Below are positions 29,363 to 38,450 of a stretch of 64,000 bases of DNA, one piece after another. Position numbers and translations under genes: made by a program. The first letter of the stretch is position 1. The number at the start of each line of letters is the position of its first letter. The notes under the pieces are model-generated. The model worked only from the letters and a program-made list of their open reading frames with translations, made no database searches and was not told the DNA's origin. This DNA comes from Nitrospirota bacterium (lineage in GTDB: Bacteria; Nitrospirota; Thermodesulfovibrionia; Thermodesulfovibrionales; Dissulfurispiraceae): contig JBFMCP010000002.1 of assembly GCA_040754455.1 (NCBI GenBank), positions 32,001-96,000 of the forward strand, read 5' to 3'.

Positions 29363-29544
29363 AGGGTTCGGTATGGCTGGCGCAAGTGATGCCGATTGTC
29401 TGCACATTGCTGCTCAGCGGTATCTATCCGGACTCGCTGTCGTTCTGGGTGATCATGGCGTTTGTCGCCTGGATATTTCTGAGCCGTGGGAAGTCTGATT
29501 GCGAGCTGATGAAATGTCCGTTCATTAAAAAGGGAAAAGGCTAA
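29359..29544 (+). CDS. Small two-TM protein
   Basis: ATGA overlap with the upstream gene; two hydrophobic segments. Confidence 0.5.
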   Translation: MKGSVWLAQVMPIVCTLLLSGIYPDSLSFWVIMAFVAWIFLSRGKSDCELMKCPFIKKGKG

Positions 29545-29563
29545 AGCGATATACACCCCCCTT

Positions 29564-29621
29564 ACCGGGGAGCTAGGGCATGCAACCCGAACGGCTGAAG
29601 GCCTCCAGCCTGCTCCCCGGT
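29564..29621 (+). ncRNA. Putative three-way-junction RNA element
   Basis: Perfect 10-bp closing stem ACCGGGGAGC/GCTCCCCGGT enclosing GGG/CCC and GGCTG/CAGCC arms. Confidence 0.4.
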
Positions 29622-29653
29622 GCACCTGAGGCGCTACATGACAGGAGGCAGTC

Positions 29654-30289
29654 ATGGAAAAAACAGAAGTCAGGAGTCAGGAGTCAGAAGCCAGAATGGA
29701 ACAGAAGAAGAGCATTTTTGATGGGCTGGTGGAAGTGAAGGAGGAAGGGAGCTTTTATCCCATTATAGAGATCCGCGGAATGAAGTGGGAACGCCGGCAC
29801 ACTTCTTATTTGAATGACATATTTTCCAAGGATAGCAATAAAGAAATCACGATTAAAGATCGTGCGGGGAAAGCAGATTGTAACATCAGCTTTGAGATCG
29901 GGCACGGGCATCGTCTATGGAGATGCAGGAACTTCGATTCCCTTATTGAGGCAGTGGAATACGCATTGGGTCAAGGAATTGAATTGCGCGAGGCTGCAGG
30001 TGTTATTTGGTATAGGTTTTTCGGAGATCGTAAATGGGAAGCGGCATTTTCTCCTGGAGACAAGGGAGACCTGTTCCAGCATGATGAAGGAGATTTTTCT
30101 ATTGAACGGCACCTGCACAGAGGTAATGAATACTTTTCGCTCAGATATTCGGGCAACAACTACAGAGAGGGCCTCGACTGTCGAGTGCTCGACTTTGAGA
30201 CCGCTGCTAAGAAATGTGCTTCGATCTTCATCGGCCTTGAATGGATGAGAGCATCAATGCCGCAGCCGAAAGAGGAGGCGAAGGCATGA
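29654..30289 (+). CDS. Hypothetical phage protein
   Basis: AGGAGG RBS; operon context. Confidence 0.6.
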   Translation: MEKTEVRSQESEARMEQKKSIFDGLVEVKEEGSFYPIIEIRGMKWERRHTSYLNDIFSKDSNKEITIKDRAGKADCNISFEIGHGHRLWRCRNFDSLIEAVEYALGQGIELREAAGVIWYRFFGDRKWEAAFSPGDKGDLFQHDEGDFSIERHLHRGNEYFSLRYSGNNYREGLDCRVLDFETAAKKCASIFIGLEWMRASMPQPKEEAKA

Positions 30290-31356
30290 AAACGATAAGC
30301 TCGTGGCAATACTTTCATCCTGGAAGTAATACCATATATCTCAATTTGAACAGCAGCTCCGGAAAGATCCTTCGACTGGCTCCCGGGCAAGAGCCTTGTT
30401 TTGTCTATAACGGACTCAACCTTCACAATGTTCTACAGGCAGGCTCCCCAAGCTGGCCTCCCACATTCGAATACCTGCAATGCACTGAAGGGGCTGAGAA
30501 CCTCAAAGAACTCATTCTGGATAACGTCCCTGCCCCGCCAGCCCAGAGGATGTTACTTGCATGCTGGATGATTTCGATCTTTACGGCAGGCTTGCTGCCT
30601 GAGCGAGGGTTGCTGCATCTCCTGGGGAATTCTTCCTGTGGGAAATCGAAAACCGCCGAGCGGCTGCATCAGCTGATCAATGGATGCAATTCTTTGCCTG
30701 CGATGTCGATGGCATTTGCGGAGAAATGGGCTATGCGCTATCCGCTGGTAGTGCTCGACAATCTCGAAAACAGGAACCTGGAGAGGAAGACGGTCAATTC
30801 TTTATTGCTCATGTCCCATGGCGCATATTGCCATAGGATGCACGGCGATAGCCCCATCTTGAAAAAGTTCGAGGCGATGACCTTAATCACCGGCATCGAA
30901 GCTTTCCCCAGCAGATTGCCGGAACTGGCGAATAGGGCGATCCCCTTGATGCTGTCTCCGTGCTATAAGCAGGAAGGATACCGGCACGATGAGAACATGC
31001 ATGATGTAGCAAGGAAGAGAAACGTTCTCCTTTCCTCGATCTTTCGCATGATCTCGCTCGAAGTGCTCCCCGGCCTGGAGGACCGCGGGTACTGGGTTCA
31101 TTACCTCGAGGAGAAATACCCCGGGCATCCGCGAGCAAGGCTCAACGGCCATCTCAGTACCATGATGATCATCCTCGAGGCACTTCTGAAGCACATCCCC
31201 TATGGCCGGACTATGGATGAAGCCCTTGGGAAATTAGAGGATAACTGGGACGCCGAAACACGCAGGAAAAGAGCTACCGAAATACTTGCCGGCTGGATGT
31301 TTGAGTGGGCAAGGTTCGATGGGCAGATATCTACGGAGGAGGCTACGACGAAGTGA
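30286..31356 (+). CDS. Stand-alone P-loop NTPase, paralog of the primase C-terminal helicase domain
   Basis: GNSSCGKS Walker A, LVVLDNLENRNL; colinear similarity to 42350-43340. Confidence 0.8.
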   Translation: MKTISSWQYFHPGSNTIYLNLNSSSGKILRLAPGQEPCFVYNGLNLHNVLQAGSPSWPPTFEYLQCTEGAENLKELILDNVPAPPAQRMLLACWMISIFTAGLLPERGLLHLLGNSSCGKSKTAERLHQLINGCNSLPAMSMAFAEKWAMRYPLVVLDNLENRNLERKTVNSLLLMSHGAYCHRMHGDSPILKKFEAMTLITGIEAFPSRLPELANRAIPLMLSPCYKQEGYRHDENMHDVARKRNVLLSSIFRMISLEVLPGLEDRGYWVHYLEEKYPGHPRARLNGHLSTMMIILEALLKHIPYGRTMDEALGKLEDNWDAETRRKRATEILAGWMFEWARFDGQISTEEATTK

Positions 31357-31538
31357 AGACCAGTGCATTCTACATGAAGTCGGAGGTCTTTCAGCAGCAC
31401 GTCGGAGTGATCACCTTGCCGCTCTACGTCCTGGACACGGCTCGTTGTATCAACACTGCGGGGCAGAAACTCGGAGAGCTGATCATTCTCCGGAAGGATC
31501 CTAAGCCGTATGTCACCGATCTGCAGGGAATGAACTGA
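31353..31538 (+). CDS. Hypothetical phage protein
   Basis: GTGA overlap with the upstream gene; GGAGG upstream. Confidence 0.5.
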   Translation: MKTSAFYMKSEVFQQHVGVITLPLYVLDTARCINTAGQKLGELIILRKDPKPYVTDLQGMN

Positions 31539-31674
31539 TGAATGCGATCGAGTTGGCGCGCAAGATGAGAGAAAAGGAGTGCCAGGAAAAGGGGATCGTC
31601 CCGGCGATCCGGATCGCTCTCAACGTGAAGACCAATATTGGTTATTACTTTACAGATATACAAGGGAGGAATTG

Positions 31675-31938
31675 ATGAGCAAAGACCCCATCTACACTGA
31701 AGAATACATGGAAGCAAGGCGAGCAAAACCAGGAGATGAAAGCAGGGCGATCGTCTTAATGATTGGTGATCGTTTCTTCTGTGGTTTCGGCAAGAAAGAC
31801 CGAGTGATTGTTGCTTGGTCTCTTGCCGGAGCCTGGCTTTTTGGTTCGTGGGATCCTGACGGTATAGCAAAGATTGAGAGCAGGATAACAAAGAGAGGAA
31901 TAACATTCGAGAGGAGAATTGTTTCCCTTGAGCAATAA
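31675..31938 (+). CDS. Hypothetical phage protein
   Basis: GGAGG RBS before MSKDPIY; a 45-aa ORF (31538-31675) lies upstream. Confidence 0.55.
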   Translation: MSKDPIYTEEYMEARRAKPGDESRAIVLMIGDRFFCGFGKKDRVIVAWSLAGAWLFGSWDPDGIAKIESRITKRGITFERRIVSLEQ

Positions 31939-32615
31939 TCCTTTCTTTGAATGTAAAAAGCTCTCTATCCAATTCATGAGGCCCTCGGAATGCGTCAGGA
32001 AACACCAGGCCAAAGATCCGGCAAGTATTGCCCTTTATCCGGTCTGTGCAGCTTGCGAGGACGGCGCCAGGCGCGCAGCTGAGACGCCGGCGTCATTGCC
32101 CCTGAGTCCCCGGAAGACTGCGAAAGCAATGATCGAGAGACCTCGCATTGTCGTTTCAGAGAAGCTCTCAGAGGTTATCAAAAAAACAAAAGATCGAGCA
32201 ATCCAAGAAATAGAGGCATCCGTATCGGCGCAGCCTGAGCCAGGCGCGCCGGAGGCAAAGGAGGAAACCCGTATGGCCACAAAGAAAGATAAGAGGTGTC
32301 GTATCCCGGGATGTAAAAGCAACAAGGTCAAAGACGACCTTTGCACAAAGCATTTCCGGAAAGAGCATGGAGCGGCTCCCTTCGGCAAAGGGGCAGCGCC
32401 GAAAGAAAAAAAGAATAAGAAACGCGATGTGAACGTCACGCCCCCCCCCGAAAATTTCCAGGACATCAATCGACAAGCCGGTCATCGAGAAGCTGCTGCA
32501 GGAGCTCCTGACAAGGGCGGAAGAGGTTCGCAGACTCTACACAACGCTGTATGTCATGAAGGAGTACGGCGCGGACATCGAGCTGCCCGACATCAAAACA
32601 TTGGTGGGGGCATAG
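31919..32615 (+). CDS. Cys-rich hypothetical protein, apparently frameshifted at a C9 tract
   Basis: The frame after 32441-32449 switches to a natural-looking KISRTSIDKPVIEKLLQELL...GA*. Confidence 0.5.
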
Positions 32616-32973
32616 CGTGAAGGAGAAAACTCTGGCGCAGCTATTCAAACCACTGATCGAGAAATACGGTTCCCGGCGGGTGGCCGAGGCAATAGATGAA
32701 TTTCTCAAGAAAGGCAGGAAGTAGGATGTTGTCCACACAGGAATTACCAAAGGAGTTTATAGGGCACACTGCTATCAACAATGCATACGTCATCTGCATA
32801 GCGTGCAGCAACCACATCATTATCATCGATGGGAGCTCTCGCACATGCCCATTCTGCAACAAGGGGCATTATGACTACCGGGCCGATGAACGTGCAGTCT
32901 TCTTCACTGATTACAGGCAGCTCCCTATAACAAAGTTTTCAGCACAGTCAAATTTTTCACTGGAGGTAACAAT

Positions 32974-33597
32974 ATGAGCAAAAAAGAATTGAAGGATCTG
33001 AATTCAGGCACACTCTGGGGCCGTATCGCCTCAGCTATTAGAAAGAAGTCGGACGGGGGCAAGCCTTATATTTTTATCACTCTTGAATGCGGCAATGAGT
33101 TCCTGGGCAATGTGCAGACATATGTCCGACTCTGGGGCGAGGAGCGCGTGGAGAAGTTCCTGGATTATTACAAGCAGCATCCTCATGACGCTTATCGTTT
33201 CTTCTGTTTCTTCAACCAGTACGAGGACGACGGGAGAATCCTCAGCAATTATACGGCTTACAAATGGGTCCCCTACCAGGGCTCGGAACTGAAAGCTACA
33301 TTTATTTTGAGGGGTAAGATCACCGGCGGGGACCTATCGGCAGATGAACCATATTTGAACCTTTACCTGAAGCGTGAAGGCGGCGAGGGATACGAACCTG
33401 CTGAGGAAAAGTTCTTGGTCTATCTCCATCCCAAGATGGTTTTTGTCAAAGGGGCGTCCCGTGAGGATCTCAAGGAGGATGCTCATGTCGAAATAGCGGG
33501 CTACCTGCGAGCCAAGGAGCCTGAGGACAGCTTTGGCCGGCAATCGAGCGATATCCGGCCGTACGTGATGGAAATGATCGTTTATCCGCCATTTTAA
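32974..33597 (+). CDS. Possible SSB-like (tandem OB-fold) protein
   Basis: NSGTLWGRI...VRLWG and second repeat FILRGKI...VEIAGYL; GGAGG RBS. Confidence 0.5.
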   Translation: MSKKELKDLNSGTLWGRIASAIRKKSDGGKPYIFITLECGNEFLGNVQTYVRLWGEERVEKFLDYYKQHPHDAYRFFCFFNQYEDDGRILSNYTAYKWVPYQGSELKATFILRGKITGGDLSADEPYLNLYLKREGGEGYEPAEEKFLVYLHPKMVFVKGASREDLKEDAHVEIAGYLRAKEPEDSFGRQSSDIRPYVMEMIVYPPF

Positions 33598-33608
33598 GGA
33601 GGGGAAGG

Positions 33609-34037
33609 ATGGCTTATTCACAGCATCAGGAACTGTTCAGCAATGCCGGTCTCGAGACCGCCACATTTGCCGGCAATGTCTGTCTCGAGACCGGCTACAG
33701 CTGCGTAGAGTGGCTCTCCTGGTTCAGGGCTCACCATTCGCAGCTTGCTGCGAAATACCAGGCGGCTGAGGAGAAGATCAACACGCTCTGGGGCAAAAGC
33801 GACAGCAAGAGCATGGGAGAGTTTCAACGGGCCATAAAGAACTGGACCGATGCTATCAAGCTTGCCGTCGAAAAATACGTTGCCTGGAGGAAGGAGCAGG
33901 GGCATCCGCTGGACTATGTTTCGGAGCTGCCGGCGGAGGAATACAAGGGGCCTAAGACGCTGGCCGAGGCGATTGTGCAGGGGTGTGTGACTATGGAAAT
34001 AACAGTTAAAGAAAAACAATTTGCGGGGTGCGTGTAA
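33609..34037 (+). CDS. Hypothetical phage protein
   Basis: AAGGAGG RBS; operon context. Confidence 0.6.
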   Translation: MAYSQHQELFSNAGLETATFAGNVCLETGYSCVEWLSWFRAHHSQLAAKYQAAEEKINTLWGKSDSKSMGEFQRAIKNWTDAIKLAVEKYVAWRKEQGHPLDYVSELPAEEYKGPKTLAEAIVQGCVTMEITVKEKQFAGCV

Positions 34038-34333
34038 TGGCAATAGTTACGCTCAATTTTAAGGTCAACACCGAGAATTTCCCTCTCACGTTCAGCAAAC
34101 AGCGGAGAGATTTTTTCAAGCGCCTGGCTGAAGAGGCTAAAGGCGATGATGCGAAGAAAGCTGCCCTGGAGAAGGCAGAGTTCTTCGGCGCTATTGTCGA
34201 AGGCCTCGAACGGGCGCAGATGGCTGGTGACAACCTCATGCTGATCATGCGCAACCTGATCCAGCCCTATATCGACAAATACGGCCGAGAGACGGTCCTC
34301 GACATGATCATGTCGAGCCTGGGCGGGAAATGA
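34037..34333 (+). CDS. Hypothetical phage protein
   Basis: TAATG coupling to the upstream gene. Confidence 0.6.
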   Translation: MAIVTLNFKVNTENFPLTFSKQRRDFFKRLAEEAKGDDAKKAALEKAEFFGAIVEGLERAQMAGDNLMLIMRNLIQPYIDKYGRETVLDMIMSSLGGK

Positions 34334-34701
34334 AGATCATCCAGGAATATCCCCTTAGGATCGAGGAAGAGCAGCGGTTGATGCTGCCTCCAGATTCGGA
34401 GGTCCTGGCGATCGTCATTAAGTTGTGCAAATCAGTTCAATATTCCCTTGAGGGGATGTCATGGACACCAGAATGGTCCCTGATCCTCTGCGCGAAGATA
34501 TACAAAGACAGCGAGCCGACTGAAGAATGGATCATCAAGATGATCAAGAGCAGGGAAGAGTTGGGGTGCCCTAACGGAGACTATAAGACAACGGTTCAAT
34601 GGGGTGATGATCTGTACCACATTTACTGTGCTCCGAAGCCGGAGCCGTATGCCTGGTATGACAAAAAGCCAAAGGACGATGGAGAGATCGTCTCGCCCTG
34701 A
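34330..34701 (+). CDS. Hypothetical phage protein
   Basis: ATGA overlap; operon context. Confidence 0.55.
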   Translation: MKIIQEYPLRIEEEQRLMLPPDSEVLAIVIKLCKSVQYSLEGMSWTPEWSLILCAKIYKDSEPTEEWIIKMIKSREELGCPNGDYKTTVQWGDDLYHIYCAPKPEPYAWYDKKPKDDGEIVSP

Positions 34702-34909
34702 GAAAGTCGATCCTAGGGCCTCTCAGGAGGTCGACCGGAGCAGGTTCGACCCCGATGTGCAGAAATGTCTCATGTTGCTGGATAGAGTTTTTAGAAAGGA
34801 AATTACAGCGGAGCAGATGGAGAGGATGCTGAAAATACATTATTACAAGCCTCATCAAACAAACTGCCGTCACAGGCGGGAGAAAAAGAACCAGCCGAGG
34901 TTAATGTGA
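34679..34909 (+). CDS. Hypothetical phage protein
   Basis: Start MERSSRP after AAGGA; operon context. Confidence 0.45.
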   Translation: MERSSRPEKVDPRASQEVDRSRFDPDVQKCLMLLDRVFRKEITAEQMERMLKIHYYKPHQTNCRHRREKKNQPRLM

Positions 34910-35070
34910 ACTGCACTATTTGCAAAGAGACTTATGAGGGTAATCCTCCTTGTGATGAATGTCTAGCTCTGCTCATAGGCCCTAAGGCTGCACCGACTCC
35001 CCTCCTGGATGAGCTTGAGACAGGGCCTTGGCCGTCTTTTGTGACAGAGGACGGGGGACCCGGAGAATGA
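34906..35070 (+). CDS. 54-aa microprotein: CxxC/CxxC knuckle plus DsrA N-terminal-like motif
   Basis: MNCTICKETYEGNPPCDECLALLIGPKAAPTPLLDELETGPWPSFVTEDGGPGE*. GAGG RBS, GTGA overlap upstream and ATGA overlap downstream. Below the ORF-track length cutoff. Confidence 0.75.
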   Translation: MNCTICKETYEGNPPCDECLALLIGPKAAPTPLLDELETGPWPSFVTEDGGPGE

Positions 35071-35306
35071 AAACCTCAAACATTATTGATGTCAGAGGAG
35101 ACTGTATGTACAAGCAACCGACGACGTTTGACTGGCTCGTTAATTCTTCATCCGAGGAAACGAGGAATACTGCTCGGCGGACCGATGATATCGCCGTCCT
35201 CGAGAGCGCCCTCGAGGCGGTGAAGAAAAAGGGAGAAAAGACAAAAGAGAAGATCATCCAGGCGCGCATTAACCGGCTCAGAAAAACAGGGAGCAATAAC
35301 CAGTGA
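35067..35306 (+). CDS. Hypothetical phage protein
   Basis: ATGA-coupled start; alternative start at 35106 after GAGGAG. Confidence 0.55.
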   Translation: MKTSNIIDVRGDCMYKQPTTFDWLVNSSSEETRNTARRTDDIAVLESALEAVKKKGEKTKEKIIQARINRLRKTGSNNQ

Positions 35307-35629
35307 GTAGCCTAGCCCATTTAAAGCCTGCTACGAAAGCTCTCTTTATCCCTCTCAAGAAAGAGCACTTCGATGCCTTCGAGCGTGGAGATAAGACGTT
35401 CGAGTTCCGGCAGTTCGGCAAAAGGTGGAATGAGAGGACCTGCAAGGTCGGAAGACCTGTAGTGCTGTCCTGTGGATACGGGAAGGCTCGGAGGCTCTCT
35501 GGGACTATTAAGTCTTTTGCGAAGAGTCCTGTCTGGAAGTCAAAGGGCTACGCTGAATATTTACTCTGCTATGGAGGTCTGGCTATCGGGCCAGTTGCTG
35601 AGATAGAAATTGAAGTTAAAAGGAGGTGA
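35303..35629 (+). CDS. ASCH/PUA-like domain protein
   Basis: LFIPLKKEHFDAFERGDKTFEFR (GxKxxExR signature). Confidence 0.7.
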   Translation: MSSLAHLKPATKALFIPLKKEHFDAFERGDKTFEFRQFGKRWNERTCKVGRPVVLSCGYGKARRLSGTIKSFAKSPVWKSKGYAEYLLCYGGLAIGPVAEIEIEVKRR

Positions 35630-35635
35630 TGAACA

Positions 35636-35851
35636 ATGTCCTATTCAGTGAATCAGAAGTGTTACGACTGCAAGAAGCAGCCTAAATGTTCCGACGGAAA
35701 CATTATCCAGGCTGCAGTATCACTCATTCATACACTTGGAACCGACAAGGGGCACTTGGGAGGCGGCAGTATTACCCATGAGTGTACCTATGGGTTCGAG
35801 GATAAGAATGCACCGGAAGCAGCACCGGCCGGCGAACAGCAGCCGACATAA
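35636..35851 (+). CDS. Small Cys-rich protein
   Basis: AGGAGG RBS; CYDC...C motif. Confidence 0.55.
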   Translation: MSYSVNQKCYDCKKQPKCSDGNIIQAAVSLIHTLGTDKGHLGGGSITHECTYGFEDKNAPEAAPAGEQQPT

Positions 35852-35861
35852 GGCTGAGACG

Positions 35862-35889
35862 AAAGGGGAGGGGCAACTCTCCCCTTTTT
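35862..35889 (+). terminator. Intrinsic terminator within the early operon
   Basis: AAAGGGGAGGG-GCAA-CTCTCCCCTTTT. Confidence 0.65.
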
Positions 35890-35921
35890 AATTAACTCTT
35901 AACTTTTATGAAAGGGAAACA

Positions 35922-36164
35922 ATGATCACACTGGGACAGAAGTATAAAGACAAGATCACCGGCTTTGAAGGAGTGGCTACAGGCTACGTGCAATACATCA
36001 GCGGCTGTAATCAGGCGCTTCTTGTTCCAAAGGTTTCAGCAGATGGAACACTGCGCGAATCACTATGGTTTGATGTTCAGCGTTTGGAGGTTGTGGGGAC
36101 AGAAGTAATCAAGCTCGATAACGGCGAGAAGCCCGGATGTGATTGTCCGGCACCTAAACGGTAA
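35922..36164 (+). CDS. Small SH3-like phage protein
   Basis: LGQKYKDKITGFEGVATG...GC...WFDVQRL pattern. Confidence 0.6.
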   Translation: MITLGQKYKDKITGFEGVATGYVQYISGCNQALLVPKVSADGTLRESLWFDVQRLEVVGTEVIKLDNGEKPGCDCPAPKR

Positions 36165-36628
36165 TGATCCTGGCATTTCTTCAAAACCTCTGGGTGAAAG
36201 AGCCTGAAAGAGCTCGAGCGATACTCGAAAGAGAGTCCGAAGAGTTCCGTGTTCAGTTTATTAGGAGACTGTTGTTTCACGGAGGGTTGACCGGCAAGCG
36301 TATTCAGCAATGTTTCGGTGATCTTACCTCGATCATCATTTTTGAGGAGGCCACGCGGGAGATATCCGGGGACTCGAAGACGATCTGTCCTCCGGATCCT
36401 CGGCATATAGCTGGATGCCTGGACCGATATCGGCCGGTGGTAGTACTGACATTCGGGAAGGTGGCATCAGATGCTGTTGCGCCTCTATGGAAAGGGCGTT
36501 TATTGGTTTGCCCTCATCCTGCAGCGAGACAGCGCGACACAGTAACAAAGCTGCAAGCTGCAGCGGAAGAACTCACGGAATGGTGGGTGGAGAACTATGG
36601 CATGCCCGCACAGAGAGCAGATCGGTAA
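36164..36628 (+). CDS. Uracil-DNA glycosylase superfamily-like protein
   Basis: PVVVLTFGKVA and CPHPAAR motifs; N-terminal FLQN. Confidence 0.55.
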   Translation: MILAFLQNLWVKEPERARAILERESEEFRVQFIRRLLFHGGLTGKRIQQCFGDLTSIIIFEEATREISGDSKTICPPDPRHIAGCLDRYRPVVVLTFGKVASDAVAPLWKGRLLVCPHPAARQRDTVTKLQAAAEELTEWWVENYGMPAQRADR

Positions 36629-36987
36629 GGGCCTCTACTTCTGCTTACAGCAGGGGGCATGCTGCACTCGCTGCAGAGCGGTGCCGGTGGAGATTCGGCT
36701 CAATGTGAAAAAGGGAGCCAGCAATAAAACTACGAGCGCACTGAAGAAAGCGCTCGTGCACGCCGCGAGGCATTTTATGGAGGGGAAGTAATGTACGGGT
36801 ATCTCTATGATCGAGCTTTGACGTTGGAAATGCGTGAATGGCTGCGGGCGAGTTGGGAGATTTTCCAATTTAACTTTAGACCGGACATCACGGTCATCCC
36901 CCGCATAAGGATGTTTCATCGGAAGATGATGATTTGTTTAAGCGGCTGGCTTGGAAGAGTCGGCAAAAAGAAAAAGAGAGGCAAATA

Positions 36988-37488
36988 GTGGATATTTACG
37001 TTCCCGATCGGCAGGAACTTAATTCCATAAAGAAGCCCGCAAAAGTGAAGGGCAACAGATGGGGCTTCTGCGGCATCGCAGCCATGAGCGCGGCGATCGG
37101 GATTGCCCCATTAAAGATATGCGACTCAATTCCGGACTGGCCCGGATATACGCCCTCGAGGATGCTTATCGAAACGCTGGCGAAGTTCGGTTATGACTGC
37201 AGGAGGATCCTGATCCCGAAACTGGAGCAGCAAATGTGGCCGTTATATCAAGCAGGGCATCCCTCCAAGATAGCGATCGGCCGTATTTACTGGAGCGAAG
37301 GGAAATACGCCGATTCTCACTGGATTTGTTTTAACTGGAGCATGGAGAGTCTGGACGATCCTTATCCGGGACTATATGACAACACCTTCTACGATGGCTG
37401 GTGGGATACCAGGCATTTGAAATTCTATATCGAGAACAGGACGGCGAAGCTCAAGAGTTTGTATTTCGTCATAAAGGGGGAGAAATAA
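36988..37488 (+). CDS. Papain/C39-like cysteine peptidase candidate
   Basis: FCGIAAMS (Cys), SHWI (His), LYDN (Asp). Confidence 0.45.
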   Translation: MDIYVPDRQELNSIKKPAKVKGNRWGFCGIAAMSAAIGIAPLKICDSIPDWPGYTPSRMLIETLAKFGYDCRRILIPKLEQQMWPLYQAGHPSKIAIGRIYWSEGKYADSHWICFNWSMESLDDPYPGLYDNTFYDGWWDTRHLKFYIENRTAKLKSLYFVIKGEK

Positions 37489-37490
37489 TT

Positions 37491-38450
37491 ATGGGAACCA
37501 AATCGGTTCAGAAAAAAGGTTTGCTGTATCTATCTAAGGATGATCTTCTCACTCATCCGAAGAACCTGCGGCGTTTCTATCCGGAGTACCAGGTGCGCGA
37601 GATGGCTGAATCGATCCGCGCGGTCGGCGGAGTGCTGCAGGCGCTGCTAATCGTCCATAGCGGCCAGGCCGGGAAATACTTTGTCGTAGACGGCAATATG
37701 CGGCTTGCCGGCGCGAGGGCATTAGGGGATGAATGTCCTCCGCTCAAATGCGAAATAGTAGACAAGGGCAAGGCCGAGCAGCTGCTGGCCATGGTGGTGA
37801 CTGCGAAGTTTCGTTACGAACCCGATCCCATAAGCGAGGCGCTCCATTATAAACGCTTGATCGAAGAGGAGGGCTATAGCGCCCCCCGAATTTCCAGAGC
37901 AACGGGCACACATACCGCCACTATCTATACAAGACTTAAATTGCTCGAGCTCGATCCGGAGATACAGGAGCTGATAGGTAATCGCAAACTGCCTTCAGCC
38001 CAAGAGGCGATTAATGCCCTTCTCTCAATCTCTGATCCACGGGTGAGAGTGAAGCTTGCTCAGCGCCTGGCAAAGGATGAGCCGACTATAAAGGCTGTTG
38101 TCGCTGCCTGCGATCGGCTTCTTTCTCAGCTTGGAAAAGTCTCGGCTTCCAAAACGAAAGGATCTCCGGCCCTTGCACATCAAGAAACATCAGGTGCTGG
38201 CATCAACCGGAATTCGACGGTGGACATGGAGCACGTGCGCGATGCGGCCAAGGCAACCTGTAAAGAATGCGACATTCGACTCGGGCAGCTTTCGTCAGCC
38301 CCGGAGCCTGCATGGGCGCTGATCACGCACGCCGCTGAACAGACATGTGATGCCTGTAACATCCGGGAAGTAATCGGTGCCTGCAAAAACTGCCCGGCCG
38401 TCGACATTATGCGCAACCTTATTAATGCAATGACGGTAGGGCGCGCATGA
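37491..38450 (+). CDS. ParB/Srx-family protein with C-terminal Cys cluster
   Basis: HPKNLR...SIRAVGGVLQALL...VVDGNMRL, HTH, then CKEC/CDAC/CKNC. Confidence 0.8.
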   Translation: MGTKSVQKKGLLYLSKDDLLTHPKNLRRFYPEYQVREMAESIRAVGGVLQALLIVHSGQAGKYFVVDGNMRLAGARALGDECPPLKCEIVDKGKAEQLLAMVVTAKFRYEPDPISEALHYKRLIEEEGYSAPRISRATGTHTATIYTRLKLLELDPEIQELIGNRKLPSAQEAINALLSISDPRVRVKLAQRLAKDEPTIKAVVAACDRLLSQLGKVSASKTKGSPALAHQETSGAGINRNSTVDMEHVRDAAKATCKECDIRLGQLSSAPEPAWALITHAAEQTCDACNIREVIGACKNCPAVDIMRNLINAMTVGRA

